NCBI GenBank assembly: GCA_025839675.1
Contig: CP104013.1
Location: 3,233,121-3,297,120, forward strand
Direction: 5' to 3'
From: Candidatus Lokiarchaeum ossiferum
GTDB lineage: Archaea > Asgardarchaeota > Lokiarchaeia > Sigyniarchaeales > Promethearchaeaceae
Length of the DNA: 64,000 nucleotides
This document shows positions 9,970 to 20,202 of the stretch, in pieces. A program made the translations under genes and the position numbers. The notes beneath the pieces are model-generated. The model made no database searches and had not been told where the DNA came from. It saw only the letters and a program-made list of their open reading frames with translations. The number at the start of each line of letters is the position of its first letter. Positions within the stretch are counted from its first letter, which is position 1.

Positions 9970-10833
9970 ATGACATATGAGAAAAAAGATGTAGAAATTG
10001 GAATAATTGGAGGTACTGGCGCAGATATAGCCTTAGAAAATGTTGAATCATATAAAATATATACACCTTATGGAGCACCTTCAGATGAGGTAAAGATCGG
10101 AACATTTAATGGAAAAAAAGTGGCATTTTTAGAACGACATGGTCCAGGGCATTCACAGCCACCTCATGCATTAAACTATCGAGCAAATATATGGGCTATG
10201 AAAGAAATTGGAGTAAAAAGGATCTTTTCACCATGTGCTGTTGGCGGATTAACTCCTAAGACGGGTAAAGGAGTATTTGTAATTGTTGATCAATATATCG
10301 ACCGCACGAAGGGGCGAAAAGAAACATTTTATGATGGAGGGCAAGTGTGTCACTTGGCTCAAGCTGATCCTTTCTGCCCTGAAATGAATAAGGTCTTCTA
10401 TGAAACTGGAAAAGAATTAGGATTGAACATTATTAAAGGTGGAACTTATGTTTGTATCAATGGACCACGCTTTTCAACACGTGCTGAATCTCGTATGTAT
10501 GCAAATTGGGGGGGAGATGTGATAGGAATGACCGTTTATCCTGAAATTGTGCTTGCCGGTGAATTGAATATGTGCTATAGCTCTATTGCCACGGTCACGG
10601 ATCTGGACGCTTGGGCGTGTGAATGTAAGAAATGTGGAATCGTGATGTATGGAGAAAAATGCCCTTCTTGTGGAGGAAAAATTATACCTTTGTCAGTGTC
10701 TGTTGAAGAAATACTGGAAACTATGGCAAAAAATACTGATAACTTAAGAAAATTATTAGAAACCGCTATTCCTAAAATCCCATCTGATCAGGAATGTCCA
10801 TGCCCACACGCTCGTGATGGTGCAGTTATGTAA
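9970..10833 (+). CDS. mtnP: 5'-methylthioadenosine/purine nucleoside phosphorylase (PNP/MTAP family) with a C-terminal Cys-rich extension
   Basis: IGIIGGTG N-terminus, PNP-fold motifs (FSPCAVGGL, GMTVYPE). C-terminal CECKKCG...CPSCGG...CPCPH zinc-ribbon-like tail. Confidence 0.65.
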   Translation: MTYEKKDVEIGIIGGTGADIALENVESYKIYTPYGAPSDEVKIGTFNGKKVAFLERHGPGHSQPPHALNYRANIWAMKEIGVKRIFSPCAVGGLTPKTGKGVFVIVDQYIDRTKGRKETFYDGGQVCHLAQADPFCPEMNKVFYETGKELGLNIIKGGTYVCINGPRFSTRAESRMYANWGGDVIGMTVYPEIVLAGELNMCYSSIATVTDLDAWACECKKCGIVMYGEKCPSCGGKIIPLSVSVEEILETMAKNTDNLRKLLETAIPKIPSDQECPCPHARDGAVM

Positions 10834-11410
10834 AATGATCTTTTTTTTTATGAACTCAGAAGTGAAAAATAAAATGGTAGACCTATTAAAACTTATAAGA
10901 AATGTGCCAGATTTTCCAATCCCTGGAATACAATTTAAAGATATTACAACTTTAGTCCATGATAAAGAGGGTTTCAAAGAATCTTGTGATAAACTTGCAG
11001 AAATATATAAAAATCGGGGAATCACAAAAGTAGTTGGAATCGAAGCCCGAGGTTATATATTTGGATCCGTCGTGGCATACTTGATTGGAGCGGGATTTGT
11101 ATTAATTCGCAAACCGGGCAAATTACCAGCAGAGACGTATGAAATGGAATATTCTTTAGAATACGGCACGAATAAAATTGAAATTCATAAAGATTCTATA
11201 GCAAAAGGAGAAAAGGTACTCATCGTGGACGATCTTTTAGCTACAGGTGGAACTGCTATCGCTTCAGCACGCTTAATTGAAAAAGCAGGGGGGATTGTTG
11301 AAGAAATGGCCTTTGTTATTGAATTATCTGGATCTCTTAAAGGTCGAGAAGCGATTACTAAAGCAGGGTATAAATTCTCAAGTTTGCTTGAAATTCCTGT
11401 CGATGAATAA
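10814..11410 (+). CDS. apt: Adenine phosphoribosyltransferase
   Basis: VVGIEARGYIFG plus the PRPP-binding motif VLIVDDLLATGGT. Confidence 0.75.
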   Translation: MMVQLCKMIFFFMNSEVKNKMVDLLKLIRNVPDFPIPGIQFKDITTLVHDKEGFKESCDKLAEIYKNRGITKVVGIEARGYIFGSVVAYLIGAGFVLIRKPGKLPAETYEMEYSLEYGTNKIEIHKDSIAKGEKVLIVDDLLATGGTAIASARLIEKAGGIVEEMAFVIELSGSLKGREAITKAGYKFSSLLEIPVDE

Positions 11411-11450
11411 TTGTAATTATAAATTCTTAAAATGAATCGGAGAGAAAACA

Positions 11451-12032
11451 ATGAGCAAAGATGAAAAAAAACCATCAAGTATAAGTGATTCTGAAGAAAT
11501 TTTCTTAAGAAAATTAGCACGAAGGACAGTATTACGACGAACTGGTATTCAAATACATGGAACAGCATATGTTTTCGTCAATGTAATTCTACTGATAATA
11601 AATTATTTGACACCCCCAACATATTTATGGAGTTTATGGGCAATTGTAGGTTGGGGCGCAGGATTAGCATTTCACGGCTTTGCATATTTCAATCCTAAAG
11701 GTAGTGGAATGTCATGGCATGCATTTTCATTTGTAGTTGTTAATTGTTTGCTCTTTTTCATCTTCGTTTTCACTAAAGCTACGACTTACCCATGGTTTCT
11801 ATGGCCTTTCGGAGCATGGTCGGTTGGATTATTGAGTCACTTTATTGTATGGAAAGTACGAAAACCACGAGATGGAGAAGATCCTTCTAAATCTTGGATC
11901 GAACGGAAAATCGATAAAGAACTAAGAAAAGTATCACACACGGATGAAATTCATGGTCGAAAGTGTTCAAAATGTGGAACTGAAGATTTAGAAGGAGCGT
12001 CTTTTTGTGCTCGTTGCGGAAATCAACTTTAA
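11451..12032 (+). CDS. Polytopic membrane protein with a C-terminal zinc ribbon
   Basis: Four hydrophobic helices, then RKCSKCGTEDLEGASFCARCGNQL. Confidence 0.4.
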   Translation: MSKDEKKPSSISDSEEIFLRKLARRTVLRRTGIQIHGTAYVFVNVILLIINYLTPPTYLWSLWAIVGWGAGLAFHGFAYFNPKGSGMSWHAFSFVVVNCLLFFIFVFTKATTYPWFLWPFGAWSVGLLSHFIVWKVRKPRDGEDPSKSWIERKIDKELRKVSHTDEIHGRKCSKCGTEDLEGASFCARCGNQL

Positions 12033-12093
12033 GTTTCATATATCATCCTTTTTTTTGCTTAAATTTTAAAGATCTATCATATTTTATTAAAGT

Positions 12094-12675
12094 ATGTTTG
12101 AAAATATTGAGCATGTAGCAGATACGATTACTGAAAAAGAGCTTAAAAACCTTCTTCTACACAGAAATCGACAGTGGATATATAAAAAAGATGGATCTTC
12201 TTCGGTGAATGGTTCACTAAAAACTGTGGTACTCTCTTGTATAGATTCGCGAGTTCCAGTGGAAAAAATATTTCAGGCTAAGCCAGGAGAATTATTGGTT
12301 TTAAAAAATGCAGGAAATTTGATGACTGATGACATGTTTCGATCCGCCCTTGTTGCTTCGGTTGAATTAGGTGCAAAATTTTTCATTGTATTGGGCCATA
12401 CTCGATGTGGAATGGCCATTAAAAATAATCCTGCAAAAATCGATCACATAGCAACCAAAATAAGTCAAGAGTCGCTTAACAAACTCGCTTCGCGGTCAAA
12501 AAAGGATGTAATAGAGTGGTTTGGATTCTTCAACCAAAATGAATGGAATGAAAATGCAACAACTCAAGCCGAAAAACTTCAAAAGCTGCTAGACGAAACA
12601 GTTTCAAAAGATTTACAGCCCACAATTCTAAAAGCTATTTATGATTTGGACTCTGGAGAAGTAACTTTCATATAG
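12094..12675 (+). CDS. Beta-class carbonic anhydrase
   Basis: SCIDSRVP and HTRCGM zinc-ligand motifs. Confidence 0.6.
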   Translation: MFENIEHVADTITEKELKNLLLHRNRQWIYKKDGSSSVNGSLKTVVLSCIDSRVPVEKIFQAKPGELLVLKNAGNLMTDDMFRSALVASVELGAKFFIVLGHTRCGMAIKNNPAKIDHIATKISQESLNKLASRSKKDVIEWFGFFNQNEWNENATTQAEKLQKLLDETVSKDLQPTILKAIYDLDSGEVTFI

Positions 12676-12972
12676 AATTGAAACTTGTTTTGGTTTTTTT
12701 TTTCTAAATTTTAAAACTCTTTTGATAAGTATAACAGCTTTACCTTATGGCAGTACTTGTGACGATTAATCATGCAGATGGTTATATTGGATTTACTATA
12801 ATTGAATTGTTGTATTATTGTAAATTATTGAAGAAGTGAATGAAATGAATGAAAAAACCAGAAATAAAGTAATAATCACCACCATTTTTGTGTTGAGTTT
12901 TGCAGTTGGGTTGCTTTTTGCATTCGCTAACGGCCACATCCGATCAATAACTGGTTAAGGAAGTTTTAAGAA

Positions 12973-14151
12973 ATGACTCAAAAAAAAGGTTCTAAAAACT
13001 ATTTAAAACAAAAAATCAGTGCTACCATTTTTTTAGCATGGATTTTATTCGGATTTTTTAGTGGATCCGCTCTTGGATACTTAATATTTCAAAATTCTGA
13101 TGATGATGTAATAAAACTTTCAATGGTTTATTCCAGCGAAAAATCAACTTGGATTTCGGAAACTGCAATACTTTTTCAAGAATTTTGGGAAGAAAAACGC
13201 GTGCAGGACAGTTCTTTAAAGAAAATTTCTTTGGATTTTCAGCCATATGGCTCGGGTGATTCATTAATTGCTTTATTGAATGGAGAAACAAAACCCACGA
13301 TCTGGTCCCCTGCATCTAACATATGGGTTCCATTACTGAACACCAAATGGAGCCAATATACATTAACTGATGATTTAATAGTACCAAATTTCACCCGTTT
13401 AATATATTCTCCTGTTGTAATTGCGACATGGGAAGATTTTTATGCAGAGCATTCATTTAATGGCCTAAATGATTTACACGATTTGATTGTGGATAACCCC
13501 GGTCTTATAAACATGGCTCATACTGATCCTCGATCATCAAATAGTGGTTTTATGGCAACCACCATGATGGTTAGTAGCTTTTTAAATATGGATCCTGAGC
13601 TAATGTCTGTTAATAACTTAACTCAAGAACCTTTACAAACTTGGATGTCAGAATTAGAGAGCGCCGCCATTTTTTATGGAAAATCTACAGGATTTTTAGG
13701 GAAATATATGCGAGATCAAGGGCCTGAAGCTCTTCAGGTTGCAATTCTTTATGAAAATCTTGTTCAAGATTATGGTCAGGAAGCCGAAGAACGATATGGA
13801 CAAAAAATTGTAGCGGTTTATCCTGAAGAAGGGGCTTTATTTAGCGATCATCCTTTTTGCATTCTGAATGCTGAATGGGTCTCGGAAGATCAAAGAATGG
13901 TTGCAGAAGAATATCTAAAGTTCATTAGTCAAAAAGAAATAATCACGAAAGCAATTGCCACTGGATTTCGTCCAATTAACACTGAATTTTTGAATGATCC
14001 AATCGTTCAAGAAGTATATAGCCAGTCTTTTAATGCAAACCATGGGGTAACCGCAGATCCAAGTATTATTATTGAATTACAACCCCCTGCTGATGGAACC
14101 GTAATTGGAAGAATTCCAGATTTATGGCTTTTAACTCGGAATTCAGTGTGA
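12973..14151 (+). CDS. ABC importer substrate-binding protein (N-terminal membrane anchor)
   Basis: N-terminal hydrophobic helix, size typical of an SBP, position directly upstream of the permease and ATPases. Substrate unknown. Confidence 0.45.
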   Translation: MTQKKGSKNYLKQKISATIFLAWILFGFFSGSALGYLIFQNSDDDVIKLSMVYSSEKSTWISETAILFQEFWEEKRVQDSSLKKISLDFQPYGSGDSLIALLNGETKPTIWSPASNIWVPLLNTKWSQYTLTDDLIVPNFTRLIYSPVVIATWEDFYAEHSFNGLNDLHDLIVDNPGLINMAHTDPRSSNSGFMATTMMVSSFLNMDPELMSVNNLTQEPLQTWMSELESAAIFYGKSTGFLGKYMRDQGPEALQVAILYENLVQDYGQEAEERYGQKIVAVYPEEGALFSDHPFCILNAEWVSEDQRMVAEEYLKFISQKEIITKAIATGFRPINTEFLNDPIVQEVYSQSFNANHGVTADPSIIIELQPPADGTVIGRIPDLWLLTRNSV

Positions 14152-15830
14152 TTATTATGGGAGAAAGAGAAAAAATGGAGAAAATTTTAATTAAACCAGA
14201 AAAATCTAATTCCTTATTATTGAAAACAGAAACAGAACTTTCGAAAAAGAAGTATAAAATTTTGTTAGAAGTTCTGGTTATCGGCTTTTTTATGATGATC
14301 ATTGCGGCCCCCATCATCAATATCATCAGCAATGTCATTGATAATATTGGTGAGATTCGGATCCGTTTATTTACCGACGAGTTACTCGGAGATTCTCAAT
14401 GGCAAATGATGAAATCAGCACTATGGGAATCGTTTTCAATAGCTTTTATCGCAGTCGGAATTGATCTTATAATAGGTTTCCCCATAGCAGTAATATTAAC
14501 CAGAGGAGAATTCAAAGGGAAAAAAATAGTTGATTTTCTCGTCGATTTACCAATGGCGGTTCCGACCTCAGCTCTTGGATTCTCAGTGATGCTTTTTTGG
14601 ACTATTTTTAATATCTTACCCGGAAGGACCCTAATTATTTTTGTTCATGTTGCCTTTACATATCCCTATATTGTTCGTAATCTAAAAATTGCAATTGAAA
14701 AAGTAAATCCTCTATTAGAAAAGGCAGCCATGACATTATCGGCTTCAAAATTAACCGTGCTGCGTACAATTTCGTTTCCGCTCATTCGAGAAGGGCTTAT
14801 TGCTGGCTCGATTCTTGCATTTACCCGTTCTTTAGGTGAAACGGGAGCGACCATGATTTGTGCAGGATTAGTTGAAACAGCCCCTATTTTGGTGGTAGGA
14901 TTACGCAAGCAATTGCAATTACCAACGGCATCCTTTTTATCTTTAGTACTTATTATAATTTCGTTGAGTTTGCTCTTAATTGTGAAATTGATTGCTCGTC
15001 GAGATACCACTACCAGAAAATTCTGGCAAATTCATTTTGATTGGGAAAAATATCTTTCCAAACCGGTTTTTTCACGAGGGGTCAAAATATTAGCAGTTAT
15101 TCTCATGATCATATTTGTATTAGTCCCTTCCTTCTATATCGTGTCCCAAATCAATCTAGCTAAAGTTCACGAAGAGTTATTTGATGTAGATAATAAATGG
15201 GCCTATCTTTGGGAATCGGTGGTAAATTCATTTCAAGTTGGATTTATAGTCATTGCGATTGATGTAGTCTTTGCAATTGCTTTTGCTTTCATTTTAACGC
15301 GCGAAAAATGGGGAAAAGCGAATGAAATCCTTGATGCAATTTTAGATATTCCATTAACCATACCAAGTGCAGCCTTAGGATTTGCAGTATTTATGTTTTG
15401 GGGTCCCGCAGGTATTAATATCGCAGAACCGGGACTTGGAATGATAATCTTTACACATCTTACATTTACTTTCCCTTATGTTGTTCGACCAATTGCGGCT
15501 CAGATTAAAAATGTAGATGTAGGACACGAAGAAGCCAGTGCAACTCTTGGAGCGGCCCCTTTGACAACTTTTAGAAGAATAACATTTCCAGCCATTAAAA
15601 ATGGAGTTATTGCGGGTATGATTGCGGCCTTTACCCGTTCTCTTGGTGAAACAGGTGCCACCCTCATTGTAATGGGAGCTGATCGGACAGTACCGGTCTT
15701 GATTGTTGATTGGGTTGAAGAGAATGCGTTTATTTCAGCCGCTTTCGCAAGTGTATTGGTAATCATTATCAGTGCCTTCTTACTTGCTCTCGTTCGGATG
15801 TTCACTCCCACCATAAAACAACGATTATAA
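14124..15830 (+). CDS. ABC importer permease with fused duplicated transmembrane domains (FbpB/ThiP-type)
   Basis: Two EAA-loop copies (FTRSLGETGATMICAG and FTRSLGETGATLIVMG) and about 12 predicted helices. Confidence 0.65.
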   Translation: MAFNSEFSVIIMGEREKMEKILIKPEKSNSLLLKTETELSKKKYKILLEVLVIGFFMMIIAAPIINIISNVIDNIGEIRIRLFTDELLGDSQWQMMKSALWESFSIAFIAVGIDLIIGFPIAVILTRGEFKGKKIVDFLVDLPMAVPTSALGFSVMLFWTIFNILPGRTLIIFVHVAFTYPYIVRNLKIAIEKVNPLLEKAAMTLSASKLTVLRTISFPLIREGLIAGSILAFTRSLGETGATMICAGLVETAPILVVGLRKQLQLPTASFLSLVLIIISLSLLLIVKLIARRDTTTRKFWQIHFDWEKYLSKPVFSRGVKILAVILMIIFVLVPSFYIVSQINLAKVHEELFDVDNKWAYLWESVVNSFQVGFIVIAIDVVFAIAFAFILTREKWGKANEILDAILDIPLTIPSAALGFAVFMFWGPAGINIAEPGLGMIIFTHLTFTFPYVVRPIAAQIKNVDVGHEEASATLGAAPLTTFRRITFPAIKNGVIAGMIAAFTRSLGETGATLIVMGADRTVPVLIVDWVEENAFISAAFASVLVIIISAFLLALVRMFTPTIKQRL

Positions 15831-15851
15831 TTAAAATAAAAATGATATAAC

Positions 15852-16991
15852 ATGCCAGATATAGTATTAGAAAAAGTCAGAAAAACCTTTGATCACGGGA
15901 AAGTAGTAGCCGTATCGGATGTGGATTTAGTGATTCATGAAGGGGATTTTGTATTCTTATTGGGTCCTAGCGGTTGTGGTAAAACAACCTTACTCCGGAC
16001 GATATCAGGACTAATTCAACCTACCATTGGAAATGTCCTAATAGATGGACAAGATGTAACCTTAGCCCCTCCTCAAACGCGAGGAATTGCATTTGTTTTT
16101 CAAAATTTCAACATTTTCCCCATTTCAGTCTTTGATAATTGTACTTATGCTTTAAATGTTCAAGGTTTTTCTAGAGAGTATATTATTCAACAAGGAGAAA
16201 AAGCATTACGTGTAGTTGGTTTAGAAGAACGTGGTGATGAAATCCCCATTGGATGGGGAAATGGAGATTTACAAAGATTAGGCATTGCTCGGGCAATTTG
16301 TAGCGGCGCAAAAATTTTAATTATGGATGAGCCATTGGGATCGTTAGATCCCAAAATAGGGGCAGAATTTCGCTGGGAACTTCGAAATATTATTAAAGAT
16401 CAACACTTAACTGCGATTCAAGTTACACACAATCAAGAAGAAGCCATGGCTATAGGTGATAATATTATTATTATGCGTGATGGTAAACTATTACAACAGG
16501 ATACCCCCGAACGTCTGTATAAATTTCCATCATCGATCTTTGTTGGCAACTTTTTGGGTGGACTTAATATTTTGGAAGGATATGTATCCCATATAGAGGG
16601 GAATAACTACTCAGTGAAAGTTCGATTAGGGGGTCCAAAATACATAGTATTTTCAAAAAACACGCAATTTCGATTGGATGAAAATGTGGTAATAGCAAGC
16701 CGTCCTGAAGATATTTACCTTTTTTCAGAAGACTATGACTATAAGGCATCCCAAGCCAATTGGGAGGGTATTTTTCTGGCGGATGCTGTCATAATAGAAA
16801 AATACTTGACTGGAAAGGAACGCCGATTTATCGTAGAATTAGATAATAGCGACACTTTGGATGTTGCTAAACCAGAAGTATTCAAATATGATTTTGAAAT
16901 CGGTGATGAAGTTAAAGTTGGAATTTTTGGTGAAGATCTTCGTATTTTCAAGTATCCTAAAAATCTCCAAAAAGAAATGGATTTACAATAG
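15852..16991 (+). CDS. ABC transporter ATP-binding protein (PotA/MalK-like, with a TOBE-like C-terminal domain)
   Basis: Walker A GPSGCGKTT, signature-like region and Walker B ILIMDEP. Confidence 0.7.
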   Translation: MPDIVLEKVRKTFDHGKVVAVSDVDLVIHEGDFVFLLGPSGCGKTTLLRTISGLIQPTIGNVLIDGQDVTLAPPQTRGIAFVFQNFNIFPISVFDNCTYALNVQGFSREYIIQQGEKALRVVGLEERGDEIPIGWGNGDLQRLGIARAICSGAKILIMDEPLGSLDPKIGAEFRWELRNIIKDQHLTAIQVTHNQEEAMAIGDNIIIMRDGKLLQQDTPERLYKFPSSIFVGNFLGGLNILEGYVSHIEGNNYSVKVRLGGPKYIVFSKNTQFRLDENVVIASRPEDIYLFSEDYDYKASQANWEGIFLADAVIIEKYLTGKERRFIVELDNSDTLDVAKPEVFKYDFEIGDEVKVGIFGEDLRIFKYPKNLQKEMDLQ

Positions 16992-17006
16992 GCTGATGAG
17001 AAAATC

Positions 17007-18248
17007 ATGGTAAAAATACGACTCGAAAATTTAAATTTCAAGAAGGATGGTGTCCAGATCCTTTCTAATGTAAATCTTACAATTGAAGATAAAGAATATG
17101 CAATTTTAGTTGGTCCCACAGGCGCAGGAAAAACGAGTTTGATTGGGCTTATCAGTGGTCTTTATACTCCAACATCGGGAAAGATTTATTTTGATGAAAA
17201 AGATGTGACTAAATTACCATCGAGTGAACGTCATTGCGGAGTAATGTTTGAATCATACGCGTTATTTCCTCATCTTCATATTTTGGATAATGTGAGCTAT
17301 GCTCGCCATATGCACGAATCGAATCACCAAGAGACTTATTCAATTTCCCAGGCAGTGTTGAACTTGGTTAGGTTATCAGACCGCGATTTTGCTTTGCCGA
17401 AGGAATGTTCGGGAGGTATGCAACAGAGAGTGGCACTAGCTCGAGCTATAATGGCATTGGAAGAAGGAGGAGTACTCATTTTGGATGAACCCTTCAAAGC
17501 TTTGGACGCGGGACTTCGTCTAAACCTTCGAAGAGAAGTAAAATCTATTGCAAAAAGCACTCAACTCAATCTTACCACGATCCATGTCACCAACGACATG
17601 CAAGAAGCGATGTTAGCAGATAAAATTATAGTTCTTGATCACGGTAAGATTCGCCAAATTGGGGCTCCAATGGAAATTATGTATTCTCCCATTGACCTCT
17701 TCGTTACCAATTTCTTTAGCACGGAATTAAATCACTTCTCAGGTAAAATTATCCAGAAAGAACCTGTACTTGAAAAAGGTTTTAAAAATGTTTCTCTGGA
17801 GAAGATCATTATCCAATCCGAAGAGGGGTATTTTCTCTATGCTAAAACAGAAAAAAATTTCGAGGTGGGAGATGAAGTCACTTTTCTTATCCGATCTCAA
17901 TATTTCAAATCGCGCCATAAAAGGCGAGATGACAAAGCGAATAAAATTGTCGGTAAAGTCAAACGAGCCAAATTTATGGGTGCTTGGCTTCGATTGGAGA
18001 TCGAAGCAAAATTTAAATATGAAAATTTCCCAGAATATGAAAAATCTTCTTCCCAAGCAGTTGTTTCAGCCAAAATAAAACTTGAAGCACCCAAGAAATT
18101 GATCAAAGTTGAAGTACCCACAACTCGGGTCGCCATACATAATTTTAAGGTAAATGAAACAGTCACGATTTACTTCCCAAGCGAGTATGTGATAGTATTC
18201 CCCCGAATTGCTTCGACCATTCTTGACTCCACACTCCGAATAAATTAA
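17007..18248 (+). CDS. Second ABC transporter ATP-binding protein
   Basis: GPTGAGKTS Walker A, LSGGMQQR signature and LILDEP Walker B. Sits in tandem with the first ATPase. Confidence 0.7.
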   Translation: MVKIRLENLNFKKDGVQILSNVNLTIEDKEYAILVGPTGAGKTSLIGLISGLYTPTSGKIYFDEKDVTKLPSSERHCGVMFESYALFPHLHILDNVSYARHMHESNHQETYSISQAVLNLVRLSDRDFALPKECSGGMQQRVALARAIMALEEGGVLILDEPFKALDAGLRLNLRREVKSIAKSTQLNLTTIHVTNDMQEAMLADKIIVLDHGKIRQIGAPMEIMYSPIDLFVTNFFSTELNHFSGKIIQKEPVLEKGFKNVSLEKIIIQSEEGYFLYAKTEKNFEVGDEVTFLIRSQYFKSRHKRRDDKANKIVGKVKRAKFMGAWLRLEIEAKFKYENFPEYEKSSSQAVVSAKIKLEAPKKLIKVEVPTTRVAIHNFKVNETVTIYFPSEYVIVFPRIASTILDSTLRIN

Positions 18249-18361
18249 CCCAAGATGTCAACTTTTTTAAAATTTAATTATATTATAAAATAAACTACCA
18301 GGTGATATGAATTTCACTCAAAAATTTCCTACAAGACCGAAATAATGCAAATACTTTAGAA

Positions 18362-18991
18362 ATGGCTATTGCCCATATGCAAAAAACCCTTGAAACCGTG
18401 GTTGAATTTGAACGTGGATTTACCATTTATGTCGAAGAAAAAAACCCGACACTTGCCTTAGAGATTTTTCAACGAGTAGACCAATTAGAAAATGAAGCAG
18501 ACACTTTGCGTCGGGATATTTTAATGCATATTGCACAAAGTGAACTTTCTCCTCAAATGCGAGAGGATTTATCTCATTTAGTAAAACGTATTGATCGAAT
18601 TGCAAATACAACGGATGGAGCGGCACGAAGAATATCTGGAATAAATCATGAACACTTTGCAGCTCTTGGAGATAATATATTAGCTAAGATGGTTGAAATC
18701 ATCCGCTTATCGGTTGAAGCCACAAAAATTCTGTTCAATCTAATTAAGAAAATGGATGATATGTTGAATCGCGAAACCTTTCGTGTGTGCGAAAAAATTC
18801 AACACATCGAACATAAATGCGATCAGTTGCATTCCACTATCTATGAAATGTTAAATAAACTTGAACTCGCGCCATTCAATCACTTTGTAGCGATTCAAAT
18901 TTCCAATTTCGTCGATATGATCGAAACAATTTCCGACAAAGTAGAAGATGTCTCCGATTATATTGAAGTTTTAAAAACAGCTAAACGGTAA
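18362..18991 (+). CDS. DUF47/PhoU-like helical regulator
   Basis: About 205 aa, all-helical, with paired repeats typical of PhoU-like/DUF47 proteins. Adjacent to a transporter. Confidence 0.35.
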   Translation: MAIAHMQKTLETVVEFERGFTIYVEEKNPTLALEIFQRVDQLENEADTLRRDILMHIAQSELSPQMREDLSHLVKRIDRIANTTDGAARRISGINHEHFAALGDNILAKMVEIIRLSVEATKILFNLIKKMDDMLNRETFRVCEKIQHIEHKCDQLHSTIYEMLNKLELAPFNHFVAIQISNFVDMIETISDKVEDVSDYIEVLKTAKR

Positions 18992-19008
18992 CAAAGGTTA
19001 GTTCATCA

Positions 19009-19938
19009 ATGGTCAAGCGCAGCAACAAGATTTTTTCTTTTTTCCTTATATTCATTTTTGTTCTATCAACAACAGGTTTGGGTTATTATTACTTCATCTA
19101 TGAAGCGGAACCAAATACAATATCGAAGCCTAAGCAATATTTTGGATTGGGTGGATGGAGCTATGAGTTTGATGAAAATACGTCGCAAGAAATCATTAGT
19201 TCCTGCTTGGCGAAGAATTGGACATTTCTACTAATATCTATCAATACTCATGAATTAAACCAATCTCACTCCCAATATTCCTCGCAATCAGAAACTAAAG
19301 CGCTTGATCTTATTAAACAAGCTCATGAGGAAAATATTTCCATTCATATCATGACTTTAGAAGACCCGGTCTTTTGTGAACGCGCTTTTCATGATAATGC
19401 CCTTCAACGTATTAGTGAAATTTTGGCCTTCAACACAAAATATCCGCGCACGCCCTTTGATGGGATCCATCTTGATGTGGAACCCCATGGTCATCCAAAC
19501 TGGAATAGTACCGCGTCTTGGACTGAAAAAAATTTAATTTTTGAGCACTGGTTGGAATTACTTTCAAAAATTCGAGTTTTACTAGATGATTATAAAGCGG
19601 ATTATGAATGTGTGCCAGTATTGTCTGCTGCTGTCGCCTATTGGTACAATGAACGAACTATAAATAATTCCCTTGAACGAGGAGACCCCACAACATTGCA
19701 CTCTTACTTAGACGTTATTATCCCAATGGTCTACGGAGGAATTGGAAAGACTGCTGAAGATATTTATGCCAAGATTGAGGATGAACTTCCTTATTCACCC
19801 ATGGTCATTGGTATTGGGTATGAGGAATTTTCTTCGCACTCCGCTATGTTGGAGACCATTGCAGCATTTTCGTTGAAATGCGAAAATTCCACGAATTTTA
19901 TAGGAATTTCAATCTATCACGCATCTTTGATTGAATAG
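19009..19938 (+). CDS. Membrane-anchored hypothetical protein, possibly a TIM-barrel glycosidase-like fold
   Basis: N-terminal TM helix. GIHLDVEPHGHP-type acid motif. No secure family match by eye. Confidence 0.2.
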   Translation: MVKRSNKIFSFFLIFIFVLSTTGLGYYYFIYEAEPNTISKPKQYFGLGGWSYEFDENTSQEIISSCLAKNWTFLLISINTHELNQSHSQYSSQSETKALDLIKQAHEENISIHIMTLEDPVFCERAFHDNALQRISEILAFNTKYPRTPFDGIHLDVEPHGHPNWNSTASWTEKNLIFEHWLELLSKIRVLLDDYKADYECVPVLSAAVAYWYNERTINNSLERGDPTTLHSYLDVIIPMVYGGIGKTAEDIYAKIEDELPYSPMVIGIGYEEFSSHSAMLETIAAFSLKCENSTNFIGISIYHASLIE

Positions 19939-20043
19939 TCGTTAAAATGAAATTATCAGATGAAAATGCCTCCTTAATAGATTTAATTCCCTAAAACCGT
20001 CAATAAAACCATCTGTAAAATATGCAGTCAAAATAAATGAAAG

Positions 20044-20094
20044 AGACCATTTCCGACAAGGCTGAAGATGTCTCAGATAATGGTGAAGATTTTT
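20044..20094 (+). pseudogene. Decayed duplicate of the 3' end of the DUF47/PhoU-like gene
   Basis: The stretch atttccgacaaggctgaagatgtctcagataatggtgaag (20047..) matches atttccgacaaagtagaagatgtctccgattatattgaag (18937..). The fragment translates to TISDKAEDVSDNGEDF*, versus the intact gene's ETISDKVEDVSDYIEVL. Confidence 0.45.
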
Positions 20095-20202
20095 AAACTG
20101 CTATAAGGTAATAACAGAGAATAATAAGAATGCAACAAAAAACTGAATCTGATCTAGTGAATCCTTATTATCAAAGCTCATCTAATGTATTCATATTTTT
20201 CA

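Noticed and set aside
14666-15853. Antisense ORFs 14666..15010 and 15500..15853 inside the ABC permease
   Set aside because: Embedded opposite a well-supported permease gene. Typical shadow ORFs.
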